64,000 nt of DNA from Octopus sinensis (taxonomy: Eukaryota), in NCBI RefSeq assembly GCF_006345805.1, contig NC_043000.1, positions 2,790,001 through 2,854,000 of the forward strand, in the 5' to 3' direction. How positions within the stretch are numbered: the stretch's first letter is position 1; each line of letters begins with the position of its first letter. Positions 25,110 through 37,474 of this stretch are shown one piece after another. The notes beneath the pieces were generated by a model, which was not told the origin of the DNA, did no database searches, and saw nothing but the letters and a program-made list of their open reading frames with translations. A program made the translations under genes and the position numbers.

Positions 25110-25525
25110 GTAGTTGTGTGATAAGAAGCTTGCTTCCCAACCACATGGTTCTGGGTTCAGTTTCACTGCATGGCACCTTGGGCAAGTATTTTCTACTATA
25201 GGCTTAGGCTGACTAAAGCCTTGTGAGTGGATTTGGTTGGTGGAAACTGAAAGAAGCCCATCATATATATATATATTTCTATATATATCTGAGTGTGTGT
25301 ATCATTGTGTCTGTATTTATCTCGCACTACCATTTAACAACCAGTGTTGGTGTTTTTACGTCCCTGTAACTTAGCAGTTCAGTAAAAGAGACTGATAGAA
25401 TAAGTACCAGGCTTAAAAAAGTAAGTACTGTGATTGATTCATTCAACTAAAAAACAAAATTCTTCTAGAAAGTGCCAATCATGGCCACAATCTAAAGACT
25501 CAAACAAGTAAAAAATAAAAGTAAA
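25110..25525 (+). mobile_element. Older SINE S2 copy
   Basis: S2 structure with heavy CpG decay. Confidence 0.75.
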
Positions 25526-25551
25526 AAAAGATCACACACACATGTATATGT

Positions 25552-25756
25552 ATCAAAATGTGACCTCGTGTGTACCGTTGGCGATTTTTTTTCCTCTGTC
25601 TTCCCTTCTCTGGATCTTTCCTTCTCCTATGTTTCCAACGAAGAGCTCCACTCGAAACGTTAAACCCTCCTTCTTTCCTGAGCGTCCAATAATACTATAT
25701 TTGTTCCACGTCCTCGCGTTGTTGTGTTTTTTTGTGCTTTCTTGTTTGGATTAACT
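25552..25756 (+). mobile_element. Penelope-like short element with mutated hammerhead (25631-25665)
   Basis: Homologous to 34906-35119; the core reads CCAACGA-AGAGC-TCC-ACTC-GAAACGTT; followed by (TA)n. Confidence 0.7.
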
Positions 25757-26407
25757 ATATATATATACATACATATATAAAGGGAAGCTAAGTGAAAGAG
25801 AAATAAAAGAAAGCATAGCAAAAAATAAAAAATGGAGAGGGAAGAGAGAGTTGGTCTTTTAATGCATTCATTGTAACCAATACAAGTTGGAAAACACAAA
25901 TATACAAAAATATAATGGTATGAGTGGGTCATGACCTTACAGTATAGATGTCAAAAGGTCAACTTATATACTTCAAAAGAAACTCACTTTATAAATACCA
26001 TATACATGTATATATAGTATATCTTGTTTTGATCCTTGCTGCTTCATGTGCTTCACAGGCATCAGTGCACACAGGCAGAAGTGTTCTTTGCTGCTTTCTG
26101 TGTTGTTCCAGCCTGTTTGTGCATTTACAAATTATATTCCCAAGCAAACATAAGTACGAAACATGTGCTTATATACATATTTCATAACATGCTCATATAA
26201 CATATTCATATTACATATCCTGCACATATTACATATATATGCATATATGTATATACATACATATAGATGTATGCAGATGTACACAGATATAGATTTTGTA
26301 TAAATATGTATGAGATGCATTCAAAAAGTATCTGTTATTTTCCCCATCAAAACTAATGCTGTGTGGGCAAAATCCTTTGGATGGGAGTTGATGCCACCCT
26401 TCCTGTG

Positions 26408-26815
26408 CATCATCATCATCATCATCATCATCGTTTAACGTCCGTTTTCCATGCTAGCATGGGTTGGACGGTTCAACTGGGGTCTGGGAAGCCAGAAGGC
26501 TGTGCCAGGCTCCAGTCTTATCTGGCAATGTTTCTACAGCTGGATGCCCTTCCTAATGCCAACCACTCCGTGAGTGTAGTGGGTGCTTTTTACGTGCCAC
26601 CTGCACAGGTGCCAGGCAAGGCTGGCAACGGCCACGGTCGGATTGGTGTATTTTATGTGCCACCGGCACGGAAGCCAGTCGAGGCGGCGCTGGCATCAGC
26701 CACGAGTCGGATACTGCTTTTTATGTACCACCAGACCAGGGATCCTGGCTGGTTCAATTCAATTTCGATTTCGCTTGCCCCAACATGTCGGCTGGTTCAA
26801 TTCGATTTTGATTTT
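26408..26815 (-). mobile_element. SINE S3
   Basis: S3 family sequence with (CAT)n on the plus strand. Confidence 0.85.
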
Positions 26816-27869
26816 GCATATATGAAAATTTTCGTGTTGGTAGGCTGCTTCAGTTCCGAGCTGTTACACCCAGGGTACAGATGTATAATGCATACTCGTC
26901 AGATTTGGATGGGAGGTGATGCCACCCTTCTGGTGTATGTGTGAAAATTTTCACACTTTTAGGTTTGTAGTGAATTTTGTTGATGGAAACTAAAAGAAGC
27001 TAGTTGTGTACATATAGGTGTATGTACATACCATGGTACCACGTTAAAAAGTACTGGTATCACATAAAAATCACTGGTGCTGGTGCCATGTAAAAAGTAC
27101 TCAGTACACTCTGTTAAGTGGTTGGTATTAGGAAGGGCATCCAGCTGTAGAAATAATGCCAAACAGACTATGGGACCTGGTGTGGACCCTGGCCTTGCCA
27201 GCTCCTGTCAAGCTGTCCAACCCATGCTAGCATGGAAAACGGGTGTTAAATGTTGTTGTTGTTGATGATGATGATGGTGGTGGTGGTATGTGTGTGTGTG
27301 TGTGTGTGGTACTGTCTCTTTACCTTGACTTCATGTAATAGTTGTAAACAAATGTCACTGTCACGCCAGCGGTGTCCTTCATTTCCAATCTTCCATGAAA
27401 ATATGTCCGGTCACGGGGTATATTACCTTACTTGGAAATGGTGAGGGTTGATGACAGGAAAGGCATCCGGCTGTAAAAAATCTGCCTCAACAAATTCCAT
27501 CTGACCCATGCTAACATGGAAAAGTAGATGTTAAATGAAGATGATGATGACAACGACGACGACGACGACGATGATGGTGGTGGTGGTGGCTGTAATTAAC
27601 TTTGCAGTCACTGATTAACTAGTATTTCATATCACACTGGATTGTATTTCAGAAATGTTTTATTAATGACATTGATATATTATTTAGTATGTCTATGAAG
27701 ATCCAAATAAACATCTAAGTAATTTAATTTTTTAATTAGAACTTGATATGATTGATATAATAAGTTAATAGAAATAAATATCTTGATTGATAGGGTAATA
27801 AAAGGAAAGGATCAACGCTGGTAATCTTGATTCAGTAAGTTACATAGCAAAGTCTGTTAACTATTATTG

Positions 27870-28180
27870 TGGCTATATCCGACTTGTGGCCGATGCCAGC
27901 GCCGCCTCGACTGGCTTCCGTGCCGGTGGCACGTAAAGTGCAACAATCCGACCGTGGCCGTTGCCAGCCTCGCCTGGCACCTGTGCAGGTGGCACGTAAA
28001 AAGCACCCACTACACTCACGGAGTGGTTGGCGTTAGGAAGGGCATCTAGCTGTAGAAACATTGCCAGATAAGACTGGAGCCTGGTGCAGCCTTCTGGCTT
28101 CCCAGATCCCCGGTCGAACCGTCCAACCCATGCTAGCATGGAGAACGGACGTTAAACGATGATGATGATGATGATGATGA
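27870..28180 (+). mobile_element. SINE S3, 5'-truncated
   Basis: S3 with (GAT)n tail; TAACTATT occurs on both sides. Confidence 0.85.
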
Positions 28181-28471
28181 TATCATAACTATTCTGTAGA
28201 GAAGTAAAACGGGGATCTTCTATGTGGTTATTTAACTTGCAAGGAATAGGAGCCAAATCTCCCTCAAATTATTTTGTACTGCCTTAAAAAAGCAAAACAA
28301 AACAAGGTGATTAAATAATGTAGTCCTTGGGAGGTTGAACTAAGTGAGACATTAGAGCATCAGAAAGAATAGATTCTGGTATTTGTTCTGAGTCTCTGGG
28401 CTTTGAGTTCAAATCTGCTGAGATGAAGTTTGTCTTTCATCATTCTGGGCCTTTTGTGGGTGACAAATAGA

Positions 28472-28792
28472 ATCATCATCATCATCATCATCGTTTAACA
28501 TCCGTTCTCCATGCTAGCATGGGTTGGACGGTTCGACTGGGGATCTGGGAAGCCAGAAGGCTGCACCAGGCTCCAGTCTTATCTGGCAATGTTTCTACAG
28601 CTAGATGCCCTTCCTAATGCCAACCACTCCGTGAGAGTAGTGGGTGCTTTTTACGTGCCACCTGCACAGGTGCCAGGCGAGGCTGGCAACGGCCATGATT
28701 GGATTGGTGCATTTTACATGCCACCGGCATGGAAGCCAGTCAAGGTGGCGCTGATATCGGCGACAATTCGAATGGTGCTTTTTACATGCCAC
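28472..28792 (-). mobile_element. SINE S3
   Basis: Inverted near-copy of 27870-28180. Confidence 0.85.
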
Positions 28793-29688
28793 CATTAGTC
28801 AAATATTGGAATTGATTCCCCTCTCTCTCTCCTTCCTCCTGTTTGTCTGTCTGTCTCTTTCTCACTATTAGAACTGGCTACATTGCATGAGGAGAAGAAA
28901 GGGACACTCATAGTGTCTCTTTCTTTAGAAATGAAGATGAGTGAAGGCTTTGCAACCTTAATTCATAGAAAAACTGGTAAGCTACTGGAACCATCTGAGG
29001 ATAAAGTAATGAGCAGTAAAACACAGAAAAGAAAACAGAGATAGAAAAAGAAATCATTATTAAGTCTAAGATCAATATTTTTCATCATAAGCTTACAAGA
29101 TCTAATATGGCTTTGGGCTAAAAAGTAACAACACCTTCCTGATACATCTGTTGGGATCTTATCTCAAATGAGAGAATGATTACCTCCAAATAAAGACATG
29201 AAAACATTTTGCGTTAACCACTCACATACAGATGGGAAAACAAAGCTTTGTTTCCATTTCTTACTGAATGTCTTCCTGACACCTGGGGCAGAGAAATGCC
29301 CTGTATACATTGGTAGGCCATTAAAATAAACACACAAATTGTCCATTTTTAAAGTCATTCGATAGAGGAAAAGGGGAAGAAAGACAGGGAGAAAAAATTA
29401 ATGACTTGATCCTTCCACGTCTACTTATGCTGCGTTTTGGTGTCTTTAAAGGCTCCTATCAACATGTTTTGGGTTGAGTGACAAAAGAAAATTCCAATAT
29501 GGTCGGGCAGATATTCTTTTTTATGTTCATTGCTCATTGGTAAGAACTTTATTAACAATCTAAAATGGATGTTAAATGATGATGAAGAAGATGACGACAA
29601 GCTTCTTTCAGTTTTCTTCTACCAAATCCACTCATAATGTTCGCTAAGCAATTGCCTGGCATGCTAGTGATTCTGCCAGCTTACTGCT

Positions 29689-29721
<33 letters not shown>

Positions 29722-29742
29722 TTAATAATAATAATAATAGTA

Positions 29743-29793
<51 letters not shown>

Positions 29794-29796
29794 GTA

Positions 29797-29841
<45 letters not shown>

Positions 29842-29844
<3 letters not shown>

Positions 29845-30289
29845 TATTCTGCTCAATACCACAGATTTGCTTGTCAGTTGTTTGACCTTAACCAGTTGAC
29901 CATGTCCCTTAGTGGCTGACGATATGTGCATCTCTGATCACGAGCAGAAGTAGTGGGGGAGCATCATAGCCATGTGTTGAGAGGGATTCTTTGGGGTTTG
30001 AATAATTCACCTCTGGAAACATGGGTGGTTCTTTCAACATCCTTAAACAACCCTTATTCAGGGACCTTTTGAGCGGGATGGGCTACTCAAGCTGAAGAAA
30101 ATTCTAACTGGGCCCCACCTGCAAGGTCATGTGCTGTTTATCTTGATATGAGATCTCCATGTCGCGCACATATGGTCGTGATGCATGTGCCTGGTGTACC
30201 TTTATCAGACGGGTAGTCATGATGGGTATATTGGGCTTCGTATATTTTACCCCAGTGTCACTTTGATGGCATGCACTGCTCTCTCACTC

Positions 30290-30290
<1 letters not shown>
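29842..30290 (+). mobile_element. Family B element between (AAT)n tracts
   Basis: Reverse-complement match to 12758-13228; (AAT)n at 29690-29840 and 30290-30325. Confidence 0.8.
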
Positions 30291-30324
<34 letters not shown>

Positions 30325-30326
<2 letters not shown>

Positions 30327-30640
30327 GCATACCCTGGTGACAACAGGACCAATGTGAAAGAAGAAGAAAAAATAAACAATTACGACGATTCGAAGAGGGA
30401 AATACGAAGGTTGTGGTCAATGAGGAGAGTAGACGTGATACCAATAGTAATTGGTGCAATTGAAAGTATCAGCACTCAACTACCAACATGGTAAAAAAAA
30501 GATTGGTGCAATTGTGAAGGTAGAACACCTACAAAAATCAGCATTGCTAGGAACTGCAAGAATTCTTCGCAGAGTTCTTGAAGCATGACCAGTAAAACAA
30601 GTGTTGACTTAGTCTGCTGGCCGTGGACAGCTGACCTCTC
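30325..30640 (+). mobile_element. R4/Dong-like retrotransposon C-terminal fragment
   Basis: PGDNRTNVKEEEKINNY..EIRRLWSMRRVDVIPIVIG..LQKSALLGTARILRRVLEA*; begins directly at (AAT)n. Confidence 0.8.
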
Positions 30641-31289
30641 CATCTAAAATGGAATAAATGTGGTGATAATTTTAGCATGCATAGCAAAACAAAAGTGCCC
30701 TTGCTACACTTGGCCCCTGGAGGATGGCTGGTACTAAGGCAGTTGAAATAAAGTTATAATGAAAGGAAACCATAAATGATAATAATAATAATAATAATGA
30801 TAATAATCCTCTCTACTATAGGTACAAAGCCTGAAATTTTGTGGAAGGGGACCAGTCAATTATATCAACCCCAGTGTTTCACTGGTACTTAATCAATTGA
30901 CCCTGTAAGGACGAAAGGCAAGGTCAACCTTGGTGGAATTTAGACTGAGAATATAGTGATGGATAAAATATAACTAAGCATTTTGTCCAGTGTGCTAATG
31001 ATTCTGCCACCTCACTGCTTTAATAATATTAATAATAATAATCATAATAATAATAATAATAATATTCTTTCCTTTTTCCCCTTTATTTTTTTGGTTTCTT
31101 TTTTTCATTTTACCTTTTTTCTTCTTTCCTTTTCCTCTCTGTCTTTCTTCCTTTTTTTTTCTATCACATGACTTTGTAAATGAACAATCTGGTGTCATTA
31201 TTTTAATGGTCTACCAATGTATACAGTGAGTTTCTTTGCCCTAGGTGTCAGGAAGACACTCAGCAAGAAATGGAAACAAAATTGGAAGA

Positions 31290-31360
31290 AGATAATAATA
31301 ATAATGATAATAATAATAATAATAATAATAATGATAATAATAATAATAATAATAATAATG

Positions 31361-31412
<52 letters not shown>

Positions 31413-31428
31413 TAATAATAATAATAAT
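31290..31428. repeat. (AAT)n microsatellite
   Basis: Direct. Confidence 0.95.
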
Positions 31429-31684
31429 ATCCACTTTTCCATTCTTGGATGGAATTTGTTGGGGTAGATTTTCTACATCTAGTTGCCTTTCCTGTCACCA
31501 ACCCTTACCTGTTTCCATACAAGATAATATTTTCCTGTGACCAGACATGTTTTCATGGTAGATTGGAAACAAACAACATGGCTGATATGATGCTGATTCT
31601 TGTTTACAACCATGAACTCAAAGCAAATGTAAACAGAAACATGTACACACATACACACACACACATACGCATGTATGTATATCA

Positions 31685-32130
31685 GTCTTGATCTGGCAGA
31701 GTTTCTGCAGCTGGATGCCCTTCCTAACGCCAACCACTCCGAGAGTGTAGTGGGTGCTTTTACGTGCCACCGGCACGGGGGCCAGTCAGGCGGCACTGGC
31801 AATGACCTCACTCAAATTCTTTTACACATGACAACAGCACAGGTGGCAGCAAGGCGATGCTGGTAACGATCCCGCTCGAATGGTGCCTTTTATGTGCCAC
31901 TGGCACGGAAGCCAGTTAGCTGCTCTGGCAACGATCACGCTCGGATGGTGCTCTTAGCACCCTACTAGTACGGGGCACAAGTGCCAGTAAGGTGAGGCTG
32001 GCAACGATCACACTCGAATGGTGCCTTTTATGTGCCACTGGCACGGAAGCCGGTTAGCCGCTCTGTCAAAGATCACGCTCGTAGGGTGCTCGTGCCCGTC
32101 ATCGAATTTCACTTTGATTTTGATTTTGAT
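31685..32130 (-). mobile_element. S3-type element with variant internal repeats
   Basis: GATCTGGCAGAGTTTCTGCAGCTGGATGCCCTTCC block followed by repeated CTGGCAACGATCACGCTCG units. Confidence 0.75.
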
Positions 32131-33149
32131 TTCATGTATATATGTATATATGTATGTATACTATTTTATTAATGCCCCCCAAACTTTTACAAATTGTTGT
32201 GATAATACAGATTAGCCTGTATTATCACAATTATCTACTGAACAGTCATGTGAAACTCTGAGTAAAAGTGTATGAAGTTTTTTTTTTGCCTTTAATAAAA
32301 TAGTATTTTATCTTTGGTACTCAAATACTAATTTTCACCTTGTTTTGCACCTATGTAATTACTCGTGTAATTCACCCAGGTTTTAGTCAGCCTTGAGCTA
32401 TAGTAGAAGACACTTGCGCAAGATACTGCACAATGGAATTGAACCCAAGACTATATGGTTGGGAAGCAAGCTTCTTAACCACACAGCTACATCTGCACGT
32501 ATTCCAACCAACCAACCAACCAACAAACAGACATTAAAAATAACGACAGAAACACCAACATATCAAATTTTGGTTTGGCTGATCTTGGGAACATTAATCA
32601 TCTGTTCTTGTTATGGAATTTCTCAAAAACTAGCAGTAAATTTACTTTTTCTGCAAGTGATGGAAGAACTCTGAAGTTGATAAATACCGTTTTTATAGAT
32701 ATTTATTGTTTTGAACAGTCAGTATCTTGGTAGGAACCCTCTGCTCTTTGGTTAGAATCCGACACCATACCAACAGAGTCAGCTGTGGCTAGCAACAAAA
32801 ATTACATTATTGAAATTCTCCTGAAATTAAAATGGATGTCTCTCATTATTCTTGATGTTTGTTTGTTCAAGAAATGTTTACATTTAACGATTGTATTTCA
32901 GTCAATTTGATTAGAATGTTCTGGAATCCCATAGGAAATTTCGGTCAATGAGAAAACCATGTTTGTTTTCAGATGAAGGGAAAAGTGGAAGAGAAGCATA
33001 AAAGAATCTTAGATAAATATCACCTTCTTGCAAGAATGATTTAGTCAATTGTTTACCAAATTTTAACAATTGTAAGAATGTTTTTTGTGTAGCTCCCAGA
33101 TCAGCCCAGGTGCAGCAATGACTATTTAATAGTTTCATTTAGGAGAAGT

Positions 33150-33890
33150 ATAGGTGCAGGCATGGCTGTGCGGTTAAGAAGTTTGCTTTCCTATCACATG
33201 GTCTTGGGTTCAGTCCCACTGTATGGCAACTTCAGCAAGTTCTTTCTACTATAGCTCCAGGCTAACAAAAACTTTATGAATGGATATGGTGGATGGAAAC
33301 TGAAAGAAGCTGGTCATATATACTTATGTATGTATGTATGTATGTATGTATGTATGTATGTATGTATGTATGTATGTATGTATGTACATACAAACTCACA
33401 CACACATGCACACACACATACACACACACACACAAATATATGTATGTGTGTGTTTATGTCCCTTTTCCCTTTATCTTGATGTCATATGATATAGTATATG
33501 TAAATGGGTGTCACATTGTCATACAAGCAGGGCCATTCATTTCCAAGAAAATTTCTGGGCTATGGGGTAATATTACCTTTCTATGAAATAAGTGAGCATT
33601 CTTTTCTACTCTAGGCACAAGGCCTGAAATTTTGGAGGAAGCGGCCAGTCGATTAGATCTACCCCAGTACGCAGATGGTACCTAATTTATCGTCCCCAAA
33701 AGGATGAAAGGCAAAGTTGACCGCAGTGGAATTTGAACCCAAAACGTAAAGACAGACGAAATACTGCTAAGCATTTTGCCCAGCGTGCTAACGTGTCTGC
33801 CAACAACTGGAAGAGCATCCAGTTGTGGAAAATCTGCCTCAATAAATTTCATTCAATCCATAAAAGCAGACATAGAAAACAATACTGAGT
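33150..33890 (+). mobile_element. S2-head SINE with alternative tail, interrupted by a minus-strand S1 (about 33600-33802)
   Basis: S2 head, (TATG)n, then GGAAGAGCATCCAG..AAATCTGCCTCAA tail as at 27300-27540. Confidence 0.6.
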
Positions 33891-34346
33891 AACAATGATG
33901 TAGCTTTGTGTAGTATTCATATCTTTTCCAAGATGCTAAACAAAAGTATTCTGCAGCTGTAACATAAGGTGTAAATTCATGTACTCCTAAATCTAGCACT
34001 CAAGTGTGATTCCTTATTTTGTTTGATCCACTTTAATAAAACGCTTGTTATTGTTGTTTAACCCTTGGTTAACACTGATCCAGTAGACCTATAATCAAAG
34101 ATGTTTCACCTTCACTGCACCTCAACAAAGCCAATAAGGAAGTCTTTACTCAAGGAGCTTGAAAAAGGCCACCCTGCCTTGTTAAAGAAAAATGGAAGGA
34201 TGCATTGGATAATCATAACCACTGAAAAATCATATCTATTCACAGTGAACAAACTATCAGTGGCGTCAAATCCCAAACTGCTTACTGTTGCCAAGATAGA
34301 GTTTCACATCAGTAGAAATATACTATATACTATATATATATATATA

Positions 34347-34853
34347 CTAGCAGTATCGCCCGGCGTTGCTTGGGTTTGTAAGGGAAATAACTATATAAGC
34401 ATTTTTAGAGAGTTACTTCCCTTATAGATGCCAATTCGGGCTTTCTTAGCCGTTTCTGTTTTGGTGTCTTCAAGCCATGAAGTCGTTGTTCTAAAAGAAC
34501 GCTGGTCTCCTTGACAACGCATTACGACGTTGATTTCCTTACACTCCCTTCCCCACAGCTTCACAAGGGAGGGAAGGGGGAGAAGCAAACAGGTGCAGCT
34601 GTGAGCGTGGACGCCAACTCTGCCGCCATCGACACACGAAAAATTATGCATTAAAATGGAATAAAAAATGATGTTAAATTATTTTTAAAATCGTAGACTC
34701 ATCGTAGACGCGTGCTAATAGCCAGACGGGCTCGATATGAATCACGACTATAAGATACCCGAATTTGGTTAAACTGCACCGCAAAATGTGGGAGGAGTTA
34801 GGAATCTAAATCAAAGGGGACAGACACTCACACAACTAGAGTTTTATATATAT

Positions 34854-34856
<3 letters not shown>
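34347..34856 (-). mobile_element. Non-autonomous Helitron
   Basis: TC...CTAG termini and subterminal CCCAAGCAACGCCGGG hairpin; near-identical to 61966-62478. Confidence 0.9.
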
Positions 34857-34901
<45 letters not shown>

Positions 34902-34905
34902 TATA

Positions 34906-35119
34906 GTTAATCCAAACATGAAAACACAAAGAGAAAACACAACAACGCGAGGATGTGGAACAAGTATAGTATTATTGGACGCTCAGGAAAGAAGGAAAGA
35001 AGGAGGGTTTAACGTTTCGAGCGGAGCTCTTCATCAGAAACATAGGAAAAGGAAAGATTCAAAGAAGGGAAGACGGAGGAAAATAAATCGCCAACGGTAC
35101 ACATGTGGTTACTTTTTGA
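34906..35119 (-). mobile_element. Penelope-like short element in (TA)n carrying a hammerhead
   Basis: Both flanks are TA runs; homologous to 25552-25756. Confidence 0.7.
35007..35041 (-). ncRNA. Minimal type I hammerhead ribozyme motif
   Basis: Minus strand GUUU-CUGAUGA-A-GAGC-UCC-GCUC-GAA-A-CG-U-U-AAAC: stem I GUUU/AAAC, stem II GAGC/GCUC, one-pair stem III within palindromic ACGU, GUU cleavage triplet. Confidence 0.75.
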
Positions 35120-35693
35120 TATATATATATATGTATAAGACAACCAAAAAAATATTAAATATAAAAAAAACTCACAAACATTCACCTCATTTACTCTCCA
35201 ATAATAAAGACATTATGTCTGAAAATGAAGATGGATGGTCATGACTGGAATGCTTTTGATACTTAGTCTGCTTGGTCAGGAATGATCTGGAACTAAACAA
35301 TAATAAGAACAACAACTATACCGAATCTAAATAACCACTGTACCACTGTGATACCAATTGAATGATATGTTACAGTCAGATGGTATGTCTATGAAAGTTT
35401 GCCATGAAAAATGGATTTTGTTTGAAAACAATCAGTGAAAGATTCTTGAAGTGTGTTGGCCAAATATTGGATAATTAGGATGTTGTCAGCTCTAATTTCT
35501 AGTTTAATGTTTAATGATTATCAGATATCATGGAATCAATTACTTTTGGAACAATACAGTTTGAGAGTGGTGGCGCTGGTGACTGATTGGGTATTGATGA
35601 AGTTAGGATTAATTGTACTGTCAACCTCAAGAATGCTCTAATGAAAGCACTATTGAAAAAATTCTGCTGTTTTATCAAGACTTAGAGGTCACT

Positions 35694-36875
35694 AAGGCAG
35701 CGAGCTGGCAGAAACGTTAGCAAGCCAGGCGAAATGTTTAGTGCTGTTTCAGCTGTCTTTACATTCTGAGTTCAAATTCCGCCTAGGTTGACTTTGCTTT
35801 TCATCCTTTCGGGGTTGATAAATTAAGTACCAGTTGCGTACTGGGGTCAATGTAATCGACTGACCCCCTCTCCAAAAATTTCGGGCCTTGTGTCTAGAAT
35901 AGAAAAGGCAGTGAGCTGGCAGAATTGTTAGCACATTGGACAAAATTTTGCTCGTCTTTACATTCTGAAGTTCAAATTCTGCCAAGGTTGACTTTGTTTC
36001 TTACTATGGTGGCAAGATAGCAGAATTGTTAGTATGCTGGACAAAATGCTTAGCAGCATTTCCTCCATCTTTATGCTCTGAATTCAAATTCCACCAAGGT
36101 TGACTTTGTCTTTCATCCTTTCAAGGTCGATAAAATAAGTACCAGTTGAGCGATGAATGATCTGGAACCAAACAATAACAAGAACAACAACTATGCCAAA
36201 TATAAATAACCACTGTACCACTGCGATACTAATTGAACGATATGTTACAATCAGATGGTATGTCTATGAAAGTTTTCCATTGACCGAAGGCGCGACTGCG
36301 CACTTGCGCAAAATGGGTTGCCCGCGGCGGTCGGAAAGGCGCCCGGGATGCCGAGTCCGACACCAGCGCTACAGTGCTGTACTGGTCTGCTGCTCCCGTG
36401 AACTTAACCCACCAGCTGAAATTTCTGGCCTTGTGCCAAAATTTGAAACCAGGGGCAAGTGAAATCAAAATTGAACCAATCCTATGACTAGCACCCGGCA
36501 GATGCCAGGGCCCTGGGACTGGAGGTATGTAAAAAGCACTATCTGAATTGTGGCTGATGCCAGCGCCACCTCGACTGGCTTCCGTGTCGGTGGCACATAA
36601 AAAGCACCATCCGAATCATAGCCGAAGCCAGTGCCGCCTCGACTGGCTTCCATAAAATGCACCAATCCGACTGTGGCCGATGCCAGCCTCACCTGGCACC
36701 AGTGCAGGTGGCACGTAAAAAGCACCCACTACACTCACGGAGTGTTGGTGTTAGGAAGGGCATCCAGCTGTAGAAACATTGCCAGATAAGACCGGAGCCT
36801 GGTGCAGCCTTCTGGCTTCCCAGATCCCCAGTCGAACCGTCCAACCCATGCTAGCATGGAGAACGGACGTTAAAC

Positions 36876-36905
<30 letters not shown>
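35694..36905 (+). mobile_element. Composite S1...S3 SINE cluster bounded by one 12-bp TSD
   Basis: TTAGAGGTCACT at 35682-35693 and 36906-36917. Confidence 0.75.
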
Positions 36906-36907
<2 letters not shown>

Positions 36908-37433
36908 AGAGGTCACTGGTGATAGTTAGTCCAAATGTGTATGACATGAGGGTGTGTATTTGATGTTGGAAAGTTGCTGATTAAATGTGTAATGGTATCA
37001 ATGTTGAGATATCACTGAAGATAGTTCAGAAAATAATGGAGGGTTGTGCAGATATGACAACAAATTATAATTTTATGCATAATGGATTCACCTATCAATT
37101 TTGATGTATGAGTAATCCAACAGCTGTTAAACTACTCACATGGATGATTTGTTTACAGTGATGGAGAGTTGTGTAAGACCAGTCTCACGTTTTGAAAATG
37201 CTGATAGCAGAAATTCGGTGCAAATGTTTGCATTACAACAAAGCATAACTGTTGGTGCAAATGTTTGGTGTTAGGAATATGACACTGCAAATATGAGGAG
37301 TACAACAGCTATGAGACTATCCACATAGATAACTTGTTTTTAGTGGTAAATGCTTTCGTAGGACCAGCTACATGTTTTGGAAATCCTGACAGAATGCTTG
37401 CCACAAAATATGTATATACATATGTACACACAT

Positions 37434-37465
<32 letters not shown>

Positions 37466-37474
37466 TCTCTCTTT

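Noticed and set aside
34101-34320. Possible Gypsy integrase zinc-finger remnant (KSLLKELEKGHP)
   Set aside because: Only a short resemblance, key His/Cys residues are missing, and it cannot be supported without a search.
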